From contig CAZTMK010000012.1 of assembly GCA_964615235.1 (NCBI GenBank), positions 844 through 64,843 of the forward strand: DNA of 64,000 nucleotides, given 5' to 3'. Shown piece by piece: positions 1-9,430 of the stretch. Below the pieces are notes generated by a model. It did not search any database and was not told the DNA's origin. It saw only the letters and a program-made list of their open reading frames with translations. Each line of letters begins with the position of its first letter. Position 1 is the first letter of the stretch. The position numbers and the translations under genes are program-made. This stretch comes from an uncultured Thermoplasmatales archaeon (GTDB lineage: Archaea > Thermoplasmatota > E2 > DHVEG-1).

Positions 1-2876
1 CGCGAATATATTTTATTGGACTGATCACCACCAATAAGTCTTATTTTACCACCATATAAGTTTATTTTGTTTAAGATATATTTTTCCCTATCAGAAAAAC
101 CCCCTATTGGTGATTTTTCTAAAAAAAGATTTACAGAAACATTTCTTTTTAGAGCTTTTACTATCTCTTCACAAAGATTGTAATTGGTGAATTCATACAT
201 GTTTATATAAATTGAAGAATTGGCCTTTCTTATTTCACTTGTTATTGTGCTGTAACTACAATCGGGTGAAACAAATGTAGTGATAACTCCGTAAGATACA
301 ATATTTTGTAGGGGGTAATTTGATTGTCCAATTCCAAACACTCTTGGTTGTGTCCAATCTGAGGAGCTATTGGTATCTATTGGCTTATCTTGCTTAAAAT
401 TTCGCTTCAATATCTTACCCTCTCCGCTTTTTGGAATTGGTTTTCCATTCCAATCCTTGCAGGAGCAATTTATGTCTCCATAGGCACAGAAATTAATGGT
501 GTGGTTGTAGCTATCTTTTAAGACAACAAATCCACCAATATTGCTAAAATAAATTGAACTTTTAGTATTCATTTGAGGGACGTCTTCACGTGAATCTTTT
601 AAATATTCAAAGTCTGCAAGATTGCCGGTTTCACGAAAAAAAGCGCTCGCGTTTTGGGTTATGTAAATCATGGAATAAGGTTGAATTTTTGTGCCAGGTG
701 TAAAAGCAATTATTGGTTGAGAAAACTTTGCTTTAAAGGGATTGTTTGTTATATACCAGCCAGAGAGATTTACTGAAATATTTGAAGGATTGTAAATGAC
801 TAAGTATTCGTTATCAATTCCTGGATGGTTATGATAATAAATTTCGGTAATTATTAATTTTTTTTCATGGATTTCAGGGCATGTATCAATAATAGTAATC
901 TCATGTGATAACAGGTTATTTGTTTCATCCATTTCTATAATCCTATTATCCGTATCTACTACAATGTATATCTTGTGAATGCCGGATTTTAATCCTGATG
1001 TGTCCCATTTAAAAGAAGGGTATTTTTGGTATTTTGAGACAGTTTCGTAAGTAATCTTCCCAATTAAATGATCCGAGTCAAAGGTATCATAAAATGCCTT
1101 TACCTCTACATTTCTGGCGACCTCATTTCCGATATTTTTTAAAAAAACTTTAATTCGAAGTGTTTCGCCTTCTCCGATTTTTGTTATCTTGCTATTATAT
1201 TCATCATAAAAATTAATTTCTTTTATGAAAAGATCTGGATTGTCAAGTACTATGAAAAAAATAACCTCATGTGAGACGTCAGGATCTTTGCTAGAAGATA
1301 TTTTTAGTTTTACATAAGTATCTGAAAATTTGTGATAATAATGAAGGTAAGGCTCAATAGTCAAGTTTAATAAAATCTCCTCGGCTGAGTTAAGTGCAAT
1401 TTCTGATTTTTCCGTTCTTGCAATCCAACCATCAGACACATTGTGAACAGATATCAAAAACGTATCATTGAAGTTTCCAATATTTTTAAGATCCATTTGA
1501 ACATTTAGCATTTCCCCAATTTTCATTGAAAATGCAGTATTTGGACATTCAACCATTATTCCATATTCTCCCGGCTCGATTGTGATATTTGATTTGAGTA
1601 AAAATGGATTTAAGTTTTTATCACAGACTTTTATTGAATAATTTGTGTCAACTGGGGACGGTAACTTGTAATATCCAGGATTGCACTTGAAATCACATTC
1701 GATTTGGTTATCCTCTGTTTTGTAAATTCCTGTGAATATACCCGTTTTATTTTCGACTATAATAAATGAGTTTTCAATTTTACTTTCATTATTTGTAATA
1801 ATTCCACGCACACACCCTCCCTCTGTTGCGTTGCAGGTGCTTTCATCCATGTCTAAAAGAAATATTTGCTTACTTACAAATGACGTTTCGTTTTCATTTT
1901 TAATTTTCATACAGAGATGTGCAGAATCGTTGTTTTTAAGGTTATTTTGATACTCTTTGTAATTTTTATTTAACCTTAAATAAACCCAGCCAGACCAGTT
2001 TCCATTTTCAAATGTTTGTATATCATAAACATAATAATTGGAATAAATCCATGATTGACCGTCCCAAGTTTGCGAGGCAGGTTGCGAATTGGTTATTTCT
2101 TCTACAACATATGCCTTTAAAGAGTAATATTGATTTGGAAGATAATTCTTTAAGATTATTTTTGCGGCAAAAGGTATTCCGTATTGTGAATTGTCATATG
2201 GCTTTGCTATAAATAATGGATAATACTCAATGTCAAATAATTTCTGTTCTAGTTTAGAATCCTCATTTGAATTTGGATGGCCCGGGGTAGGAGTGCTTGA
2301 TTCAAAGAAATCAGTAGAGGTATTATCAGAATCCACATTAGGATATCTAGCAAGGGTTTTCCCTACTGATCCAATATAAGCAGGAGTTCCATTTATATCG
2401 GAATAATCATACCCCCATTCAACTGCATCGACTAAATGTCCAGTCGAATTTTTTATGATCAGTTTATCTTTGGCATTGCCAAGTCCATTACCTATACTTT
2501 TATCATCCACTTTTAATAAAGTAACATTTTCAGCAACTGTCAAATTATCATAAATTTTAGTTCCATGGTCCGTAATTATGGCGTATCCGTTTGGAAAAAT
2601 AATTGTTGAACCGTTTCCATTCCCAAAGTCTGCTCCCAGTAAATCCATATCTTGGTTGTCAGTGATACTCCAATTAGAAACATTTATTGAACAATTTAGT
2701 GGATTATATATTTCAATCCACTCATAGTAATTGCCGTCTTGTATGGGGTTGTACATTATTTCATTAATGACCAAATGATTTTGTTCTGCTGCAGAAGTAT
2801 TTTGGTTTATAATCACTAGCATAAAGAAAATAAAAAATACTATTGGCATTTTAATTAGAATTCCTCCCTTAATCAT
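1..2876 (-). CDS. Large secreted multidomain protein, C-terminally truncated by the window edge (more than 950 aa). It has a signal peptide, two lamin-tail domains (LTD), CARDB-like domains and a C-terminal PLD-superfamily (nuclease/phosphodiesterase-like) domain.
   Basis: Uninterrupted minus-strand reading frame from an ATG at 2876 (GGAGG 7 nt upstream; alternative start at 2850 giving MPIVFFIFFMLVII signal) running off coordinate 1. It is not in the ORF track because it has no in-window stop. LTD signatures: VINEIMYNP..YEWIEIYNP..NVSNWSITD and LIITEIYYHNHPGIDNEYLVIYNPSNISVNLSGWYITNN. CARDB-like blocks: GETLRIKVFLKNIGNEVARNVEVKAFYD. C-terminal PLD-like block: ALKRNVSVNLFLE, resembling the AxxRGVxVRhLhD block of PLD enzymes. 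The HxK motif presumably lies beyond the window edge. Confidence 0.7.
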   Translation of the reverse strand, partial: MIKGGILIKMPIVFFIFFMLVIINQNTSAAEQNHLVINEIMYNPIQDGNYYEWIEIYNPLNCSINVSNWSITDNQDMDLLGADFGNGNGSTIIFPNGYAIITDHGTKIYDNLTVAENVTLLKVDDKSIGNGLGNAKDKLIIKNSTGHLVDAVEWGYDYSDINGTPAYIGSVGKTLARYPNVDSDNTSTDFFESSTPTPGHPNSNEDSKLEQKLFDIEYYPLFIAKPYDNSQYGIPFAAKIILKNYLPNQYYSLKAYVVEEITNSQPASQTWDGQSWIYSNYYVYDIQTFENGNWSGWVYLRLNKNYKEYQNNLKNNDSAHLCMKIKNENETSFVSKQIFLLDMDESTCNATEGGCVRGIITNNESKIENSFIIVENKTGIFTGIYKTEDNQIECDFKCNPGYYKLPSPVDTNYSIKVCDKNLNPFLLKSNITIEPGEYGIMVECPNTAFSMKIGEMLNVQMDLKNIGNFNDTFLISVHNVSDGWIARTEKSEIALNSAEEILLNLTIEPYLHYYHKFSDTYVKLKISSSKDPDVSHEVIFFIVLDNPDLFIKEINFYDEYNSKITKIGEGETLRIKVFLKNIGNEVARNVEVKAFYDTFDSDHLIGKITYETVSKYQKYPSFKWDTSGLKSGIHKIYIVVDTDNRIIEMDETNNLLSHEITIIDTCPEIHEKKLIITEIYYHNHPGIDNEYLVIYNPSNISVNLSGWYITNNPFKAKFSQPIIAFTPGTKIQPYSMIYITQNASAFFRETGNLADFEYLKDSREDVPQMNTKSSIYFSNIGGFVVLKDSYNHTINFCAYGDINCSCKDWNGKPIPKSGEGKILKRNFKQDKPIDTNSSSDWTQPRVFGIGQSNYPLQNIVSYGVITTFVSPDCSYSTITSEIRKANSSIYINMYEFTNYNLCEEIVKALKRNVSVNLFLEKSPIGGFSDREKYILNKINLYGGKIRLIGGDQSNKIYS

Positions 2877-2904
2877 TTTCTTTCCTCCCTTCAATTCTTT
2901 TTAA

Positions 2905-2974
2905 GGGCGGAGAGGGATTTGAACCCTCGTATGCGGATCTGCAGTCCGCCACATAGCCACTTTGTTACCCGCCC
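2905..2974 (-). tRNA. tRNA-Cys (anticodon GCA)
   Basis: The reverse complement reads GGGCGGG..GCGGA-CTGCAGA-TCCGC..GAGGGTTCAAATCCCTC-TCCGCCC. The anticodon arm is identical to archaeal tRNA-Cys and the T-arm is canonical (GTTCAAATC). The D-arm pairing is weak by eye. Confidence 0.6.
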
Positions 2975-3337
2975 ATTGATGTAAATATATTGTATATAAT
3001 AACTTTAATTATTACTTTTATCCCATATTTTAGAGCTTTTAGATTAAATTATTTATGATATTAATTATTATACGATCCGACTAATAATCGGACTATGTCT
3101 TGGTATTAATCACAATGAAATAGACAGGAGGTAAATATGATTTTTGATATTGGCCGAAAGAATTAGAATCTGCAAGTTTTGGGCATTATCATATAAGTCG
3201 TTATTTGCTTTATTTTAGTACCGAAAAGAAACTAATATTTGGATGATTGATGATAAATTTGACCGAATATCGTTTTATTTACAAATAACTTTGTGATACA
3301 AAGTATTATATAGTACAAATGACATACATATAATGTA

Positions 3338-3979
3338 GTGATAAAAATGACTGAAAAAATTGATTTAAAAAAAGTCGAGAAACAAACATATAGATTTACC
3401 TTTACTGATGGTCTTTATGATATGGCATATGGCTCTCTAATATTCTTTGCTGCTATTGCTCCCATTTTAAGAGAAATACTATATCCTAGTTACATAATTT
3501 TTTTGATTTTACCTGCTCCATTAATTCTCATTCTTGGAAAAATATATATTACTGTCCCAAGAATTGGAATTGTAAAATTCAATCTAAACAGAACTAAATC
3601 AAGAAATAAAATAGGGCTTTTAATTGCAATACTTTTTCCAATAACTGTAATTATGGTTGTTCTAACATTTTTAGGTGTTTATAATATTAAAGTAGGAGGA
3701 TATATAGTTCCAGTAGGTGGAGGGATATTTGCTCTTATTTTACTTAGTCTCGTTGCTTACATTATGGATTATCCGCATTTTTATCTCTATGGAATTTCAA
3801 TTGGCCTTGGGCTTCCCTTAGCAGCATTATTAAAACCTATCTTTGGAGAACCATCGCATTACCTAATTAGCTTTGGAATATCAGGGACTCTAATTCTTAT
3901 CTATGGTATTATCACACTTATCAAATTCATAAAAAAGTATCCAATACCCAAAGAGGGGATACCTGATGTCAAAGGATAA
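3338..3979 (+). CDS. Polytopic membrane protein (about 6 TM), function unknown. First gene of a three-gene operon.
   Basis: 213 aa, highly hydrophobic with repeated TM-like stretches. Its stop overlaps the start of the next ORF by 14 nt. Confidence 0.6.
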   Translation: MIKMTEKIDLKKVEKQTYRFTFTDGLYDMAYGSLIFFAAIAPILREILYPSYIIFLILPAPLILILGKIYITVPRIGIVKFNLNRTKSRNKIGLLIAILFPITVIMVVLTFLGVYNIKVGGYIVPVGGGIFALILLSLVAYIMDYPHFYLYGISIGLGLPLAALLKPIFGEPSHYLISFGISGTLILIYGIITLIKFIKKYPIPKEGIPDVKG

Positions 3980-4292
3980 AAATAACATTATAGAAGAGAT
4001 TTATACACCTAGTTCTATTGATAAGTTGATTCATGAGCCAGCTCGATTAAACATTATGACCCATCTTTATGTTGTTGAAAGTGCTGATTTCCTTTTTATG
4101 ATGCGGCAGACCGGATTAACATTTGGGAATCTATCTGCTCATTTGAGTAAGCTTGAAGAAGCAGGATATATTGATATTATTAAGGAATTTGTTGGGAAAA
4201 AACCTCATACAATGTTAAAATTAACTGAAAAGGGAAGAAGAGCTTTTGATGAGTATAGAAAAAAAATGAAGCAGTTCTTTAATGAACTGTAA
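3966..4292 (+). CDS. Winged-helix transcriptional regulator (ArsR/PadR-like wHTH)
   Basis: 108 aa. PARLNIMTHL...LTFGNLSAHLSKLEEAGYIDII resembles an ArsR-type recognition helix plus wing. It is translationally coupled to the upstream membrane protein. Confidence 0.65.
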   Translation: MSKDKNNIIEEIYTPSSIDKLIHEPARLNIMTHLYVVESADFLFMMRQTGLTFGNLSAHLSKLEEAGYIDIIKEFVGKKPHTMLKLTEKGRRAFDEYRKKMKQFFNEL

Positions 4293-4303
4293 GAGGTTAT
4301 AAG

Positions 4304-4480
4304 GTGAAAGAAAAACAAATATTTGGTGTATTATTTGTAATAGGGATCTTGACAGCATTAACAGGTGCTACTTTAATGTGGTTTGGAATAACTCCTGTAC
4401 CCTTGAGAATTACCATAGTTATTCTCGGGACGAGTTTAATTGCTTTATCAAATCCTATTTCAAAATCAAAAAATATCTAA
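4304..4480 (+). CDS. Possible small membrane protein (58 aa, 2 TM), GTG start
   Basis: AGAGGT Shine-Dalgarno-like sequence 6 nt upstream of the GTG at 4304. VKEKQIFGVLFVIGILTALTGATLMWFGITPVPLRITIVILGTSLIALSNP. Not in the ORF track (under 60 aa, non-ATG start). Confidence 0.35.
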   Translation: MKEKQIFGVLFVIGILTALTGATLMWFGITPVPLRITIVILGTSLIALSNPISKSKNI

Positions 4481-4598
4481 CAGTAGAAAACCAATATTTT
4501 TCTAGTGAAAGTGTATTTAAATCTCATCCCTTGTGCTTGATTTTAAAAAAGAAAAAGAAGGTTTTTAGAAAAACTTTAGATTTTTTAGTGTATTATAT

Positions 4599-5537
4599 TC
4601 AGTAAAGGAAATACTGGAGCATCATTCTTAACATTGGAAACAGATTTAAATGTTGTTGTAGGAAATCTAGAAATGGAAATTTGATATACTGTTTGGATTT
4701 TGATTTCACTGAAACTGGGTTGCTCTGTGCACCATGTTCATCCTCAGCTAGTACACCTACAGAACCACTTTTACCACCACAATTTATTCTTTGTTCTGTT
4801 CCACTTGGTACAAGCCCAGTCCATTGATCAATGGTCAAGTCATTATTCCAATCAACACCATATCTTAATTGATCCCCATCTGGATCTGTAGCAGTTACTA
4901 CAAGATCATCATTAATTCTGTCATAAGAACATACTGGATTATTTGGTGGTTGATTTGACGTACCATAGGTTTCGAAACAAAAATCACAACGTACTACTCC
5001 CTCCTGAAGATAATTCCATCCGGCTGCTATACTCTCATACCATGCATCACCACCAGGATAGGGATCTGGATATCCATACCACCATAAAAGGGAAGAAGTA
5101 TCGCCTGTACTAGTTTCACCTCCAACAACAATAAAATATGTATTTCCAGGAGTAACACTGATATCTGGAAAATCAAATTCACAAAAATTAGAACCGACTA
5201 CTAATATGTCCCGATTTATTTTTGCTGATGTTAATGTTGGACCCGAATATGATTCCTTAATATTAACATAGTAATATTGAAACTCTTCACTTCCAAAGGA
5301 TTTTAAACGAAGGATTACTCGAGTTAATGTTGGAAGTGTTGGAGTAAAAGATTGGGCAAGTTCTTTATCACTTGAACCAATTGCCTTAGCATTATTAATT
5401 TGTGTAGATTGTTGATCTAATTCATCATACAAAAGTGTATTATTTATTTGATTCGCAGAAACTTTGGCTAACCCCAAAGTTGACAAAATAGTTGCAATCA
5501 ACAACATCACTATTAAAATACTTACTATTCTTTTCAT
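4599..5537 (-). CDS. Secreted hypothetical protein (signal peptide)
   Basis: N-terminus MKRIVSILIVMLLIATILSTLGLAKVSANQ is a typical signal peptide. GGAGG lies upstream of the start. D-rich DPDGDQLRYGVDWNNDLTIDQW block. The C-terminal about 30 aa look low-complexity, so the true stop may differ. Confidence 0.6.
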   Translation of the reverse strand: MKRIVSILIVMLLIATILSTLGLAKVSANQINNTLLYDELDQQSTQINNAKAIGSSDKELAQSFTPTLPTLTRVILRLKSFGSEEFQYYYVNIKESYSGPTLTSAKINRDILVVGSNFCEFDFPDISVTPGNTYFIVVGGETSTGDTSSLLWWYGYPDPYPGGDAWYESIAAGWNYLQEGVVRCDFCFETYGTSNQPPNNPVCSYDRINDDLVVTATDPDGDQLRYGVDWNNDLTIDQWTGLVPSGTEQRINCGGKSGSVGVLAEDEHGAQSNPVSVKSKSKQYIKFPFLDFLQQHLNLFPMLRMMLQYFLY

Positions 5538-5747
5538 ATTTTTTCTACCTCCCTAAAAATATTAGTTTTATATACAGTCCAATATATTATAATAATATAA
5601 AGTTTTTTTTGTTATTTACGACGATTGATGAAAAAATGTATTTTTCTGAGGTATCCGTGTGTTGCTTTCCATTTAATAAGAGGGCAACACGATCGGAAAA
5701 AAATTTTCATAAATATTAATACGAATAAACTTATTTAATTTAATAAA

Positions 5748-5939
5748 ATGGTTTTTGATAGAACAATAAAAGGATATGCAAAATTTATATTGTTGATGAT
5801 TACTTGGTTAATAATATTCATCCCTCTGAAAATTGTATTAAATTTATATAATGTATCCTCCGATATTCAATTTCTTGTTATAATGATATTAATAATCATA
5901 CTTGCTTGTATATCTTTAAAACTGTTTGATAAAAATTGA
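5748..5939 (+). CDS. Possible small 2-TM membrane protein in a long intergenic region
   Basis: 63-aa hydrophobic ORF with no clear RBS. The intergenic region 5538-6302 is unusually long, so it likely contains something. Confidence 0.2.
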   Translation: MVFDRTIKGYAKFILLMITWLIIFIPLKIVLNLYNVSSDIQFLVIMILIIILACISLKLFDKN

Positions 5940-6302
5940 TAAAAATATAAAAAAGAATTAAATCAAAAACCATTTGGTTTTTCGACGATATTTACGGCGA
6001 AAAATGTGCGATAACCACCTTGTTACCCGTCCAGATTGAGCGGTTCATAAATAAACTCTTGGTTTTTGAAGGCTATTACTAGGATACACATAACTTTATG
6101 TTAGTGAATTTAAATAAAATGATTATATGATAAATTAAAACAAGATAATGGTCTTTTGTTAATATCGGAATTACTTTCTACAAATATTTAATCTTTTTAA
6201 ATTTATAAAAATTTTTGTAAAATTTTCATGTTATATCAAAATTCTAAAGATAAGCTTTTTATATTAATACATCTTTATTAAATGTAATTAAAGGGTGTTA
6301 AT

Positions 6303-7820
6303 TTGAGAAAAATAATAAGAATTAGTATAGTTATTCTAATGTTGCTATCTCTTTGTGTATCCGTTGACTCCTTAAAAATATCCAATTATAACGAAAACGA
6401 TTATGATCCATTAGTTGATGTGGAAGTTAGCGTTATAATTGACGGTATTCGTTACCTTGAGAATGAGGAGCAGCAGGTTGCTAAGCCCATACTTCCTAAA
6501 CCTTTTACCAAGATTCTGAGTTTTTTAGCAATGTTTCCATTTTTTGAAAAAATTTTTACAAATAAAATAACAGTAACTGAGGATAATGATGCTCCCAGCA
6601 TGTATATCAAGGTTTACATTAATGATGTTGAATTTGTTAGCCCTGTATGGGCAAATACTTTTTATGTTTATAAAAACGGTTGGACTGCGACTTTAAATAT
6701 CCCTGATGATCAGGAGTTTGTAGATATCAAAATACAGGTTTGGGATTCCAAAGTAGACAAAATTTGTGATATCGGCGGTGACACAGGTGAAAGTGATGAT
6801 GCTTACGATGCAGAACTAACCTATAGCATTAAGAATGGTCGTTGGACAGGTGATGACAGTCTTGGCGATCCTAGCGGTTATGGTCGACTTAATGGATGTG
6901 ATGATGGTACAATCTATCAAACAGATAGGGATTGTGAGGTATGGTTTAACATTTTACAGAATGATTATGATAACGATGGTATCCCTTATTGGTCTGAGAT
7001 TAATGATTATCATACTGACCCTGAAATAGCTAACGTTGGTGATCCTGATAAAGACGGTACCTCTATAGATTGGGAGTGGAAATGGGGTTACAACCCATTT
7101 GAGAAAGATGATCATTATGGTCTAGACGATGATGGCGATAGCCTTAACAATGTCGAGGAATATCTGACATCCGCTTGGTGGTCTGATCCGTTCAGAAAAG
7201 ATGTTTTCGTTGAATTGGACATAATGGAAGAAGGCCCGAATGGTGAAAAAACCTATTTTCCGGTAGAAGCAAAGGAACTCATACTTAATGCGTTTGACAG
7301 GCAAAACATCGTGCTACACATAGATATGGGTGAAATGGGCGGGCATGAAATAATTCCTTTTGACGATGAAGTTGTTCATGATTTTGTTAGAGATAGGGAA
7401 TTTAATTATATTTATGAAAATTATTTTTTACATGGTGATGAATTCAATTGGCGAGCTGGAGTATTCCATTATGGAGTAGTAGTCTACAAATCTACAGGAG
7501 CAGCTGGTTACTTGTTTCGTAAAAATGCTTTTCAGGTATCAAGCAAAGGACATGAAAAATTAGCGGCGGAGAATCCACGGTTTAATTGGAACGTTATATA
7601 TGCTAGCGCCTACATGCATGAGCTAGGTCATTCTTTTAACTTCTGGCCCATACCGGGTCATGAACAGGATTATGATTGGGAGGAAGTTAAACCCTATAAA
7701 AGTTGCATGAACTATGGCTGGATGTATAAACTAGTAGATTACTCTGATGGCTCGAGAGAGGAACCAGATATTGATGACTGGAGTAGGATAGACTATCATT
7801 ATTTTGATATGCTTGGATAA
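6303..7820 (+). CDS. Secreted zinc metalloprotease-like protein with thrombospondin-type-3-like calcium-binding repeats (TTG start)
   Basis: Signal peptide MRKIIRISIVILMLLSLCVSVDS. HExxH motif HELGHSF. D-rich repeats of the form DxDxDGxxD (DNDGIPYWSE, DPDKDGTSIDWEW, DDDGDSLNNVEEY). AAGGGTG RBS before the TTG at 6303. Confidence 0.65.
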   Translation: MRKIIRISIVILMLLSLCVSVDSLKISNYNENDYDPLVDVEVSVIIDGIRYLENEEQQVAKPILPKPFTKILSFLAMFPFFEKIFTNKITVTEDNDAPSMYIKVYINDVEFVSPVWANTFYVYKNGWTATLNIPDDQEFVDIKIQVWDSKVDKICDIGGDTGESDDAYDAELTYSIKNGRWTGDDSLGDPSGYGRLNGCDDGTIYQTDRDCEVWFNILQNDYDNDGIPYWSEINDYHTDPEIANVGDPDKDGTSIDWEWKWGYNPFEKDDHYGLDDDGDSLNNVEEYLTSAWWSDPFRKDVFVELDIMEEGPNGEKTYFPVEAKELILNAFDRQNIVLHIDMGEMGGHEIIPFDDEVVHDFVRDREFNYIYENYFLHGDEFNWRAGVFHYGVVVYKSTGAAGYLFRKNAFQVSSKGHEKLAAENPRFNWNVIYASAYMHELGHSFNFWPIPGHEQDYDWEEVKPYKSCMNYGWMYKLVDYSDGSREEPDIDDWSRIDYHYFDMLG

Positions 7821-8133
7821 ATAAAAAGAAGTTTTTAGAAAACACATAATCAATTTTGAGGAAAATTCGAAAAAATTCATATCATAAATCAAGAAGAAAT
7901 TTTTTTGTTATCTGCTTAAAATGTTTTACTTAAATTATTGAATGGCTAAAATTATTTTTTGCTATATTTCGACTCAAATTAAGTTTTTTCAAAATAAGAG
8001 ATGAAACCAAAACCAAATCTAATTTTTATAATTATCTTAAATATTTTGATAATGATCGAACCAGAATATTTATAAATAAATATTAAAATATTATAATATT
8101 TGTTAATCTTTATTTAATCGTGGCTAGGTACAA

Positions 8134-9351
8134 ATGAAAATAAGAATAAAAAAAAATATTGCGATTATTTTAATTCTAGTTCTTGTTATATATTCAATAA
8201 TTACAACAGTTTTATTATTTTCCGTAAATTCAATAGAATTTCCCAAAACAGAAATAAATATTCGTATAAAGGAGATAACTACTGAAGAAGCAATAATCTA
8301 CACAACTATCACGATTTCAAACACAAATATCTTTGATATGTTTATTCGAAACATGGAAATAATTACTTCTACTGTGAATGGAAGCGAGGTAAATAGCTTT
8401 AGTATAAAAGGTGGAACAATTTGTTCCAATACAGATAAAACATTCAATTCGACCAATATAATCTCCTTTGATGGTAAAAATCCCGATCTTCTTAAAACAC
8501 AAATGTCCGCCGAGGCGGGTTTTAAAATATTTGGATTTGACAGGGTCTTACCACTTTCAATGAACGTGATAAGCTCACTTGAAGATATTATTGAGGATTT
8601 TAGATTACCTATCGTTACTATTGGGACAAATTTTAAAGGAATTGATAACAACGAAATCCGATTTGATGTTGAAATCCAAATAAACAATATTAATTCATTT
8701 GAATTATACTTAAAAAATTCCAATATTATTTTTGAAAATGAAGAAGGGGAAAACTTAGGAAAAATAATTTTAGATGACAGCAATATCAAGGCTGAAAGTT
8801 CCAAAATAGTGGGGGCAGAGGGAAATCTTAAGCTTCAAGCGTTAAATTATGAAAAACTATTAGTAAAATTCAATGCAGAGGTTGGTTTGTTAATGGCCGG
8901 CATTGATCAATCTAGAGAAATCAATACTCAGGTGAATATATCGGTCCCAAACATAGAGGAGCTAATACCAAGTGATAAGAGAATAAGTTCATCATTGAGA
9001 TCGGATTCAAAGATAACAATTAAAGGCTTCGTAAGCGATGTTACATTCGAGGTTAACAATCCTACAAAAATCAATTTTGTTGCCCAAGAGATTCGAATAG
9101 AATATTATCGAATTGATAATAATGAAAAAACTCTTCTTGCTAACACTTCTATTAATGGTGGGAATATTTCACCAGAAGAAAAAACCATTTTTAAAGGTGA
9201 GTTTTTGATTCCTTTTTCAAAAGTTCAATGGTACAAATTTATTCCAGATTGGTATTTTATGCAGATATGGGCAAAAATGTCACTTCCAGGTGTAAATCAA
9301 TCTATGTGGATTGGCGTCTCCTCATATATTGATGTACACATGTTGACATAG
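8134..9351 (+). CDS. N-terminally membrane-anchored protein with three internal LEA_2/WHy-like beta-sandwich repeats
   Basis: N-terminal TM segment IAIILILVLVIYSIITTVLLF. Three about 110-aa repeats, each with ...I.IKEITTEEAIIYTTITISNTNIFD..., ...RFDVEIQINNINSFELYLKNSNI..., ...TFEVNNPTKINFVAQEIRIEYYRID.... This is the signature pattern of LEA14-like domains. Confidence 0.55.
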   Translation: MKIRIKKNIAIILILVLVIYSIITTVLLFSVNSIEFPKTEINIRIKEITTEEAIIYTTITISNTNIFDMFIRNMEIITSTVNGSEVNSFSIKGGTICSNTDKTFNSTNIISFDGKNPDLLKTQMSAEAGFKIFGFDRVLPLSMNVISSLEDIIEDFRLPIVTIGTNFKGIDNNEIRFDVEIQINNINSFELYLKNSNIIFENEEGENLGKIILDDSNIKAESSKIVGAEGNLKLQALNYEKLLVKFNAEVGLLMAGIDQSREINTQVNISVPNIEELIPSDKRISSSLRSDSKITIKGFVSDVTFEVNNPTKINFVAQEIRIEYYRIDNNEKTLLANTSINGGNISPEEKTIFKGEFLIPFSKVQWYKFIPDWYFMQIWAKMSLPGVNQSMWIGVSSYIDVHMLT

Positions 9352-9430
9352 TAAAATTATTTATGGTTTATGTTAAATGGGTAAAAATTTAAGCCTAATC
9401 GCGATGGTTAACCACCAGTGGTTGTAGAAA

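Noticed and set aside
1732-2212. ORF-track entries 1732-1950(+) and 2012-2212(+)
   Set aside because: They lie inside and antisense to the long uninterrupted minus-strand frame of the LTD/PLD protein. The sequences are low-complexity with no RBS, so they are spurious.
4378-4605. ORF 4378-4605(+) (75 aa)
   Set aside because: It overlaps the better-supported small membrane ORF 4304-4480 in another frame and has a low-complexity K-rich tail running into the convergent gene's terminator region. Likely spurious.
8298-8804. Antisense ORFs inside confident genes (e.g., 8298-8804-, 19426-19731-, 31871-32233-, 35170-35376-, 43984-44397-, 49177-49488-)
   Set aside because: They are fully embedded in and opposite to longer ORFs with clear domain signatures. 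Their composition reflects the mirror of an AT-rich coding strand.
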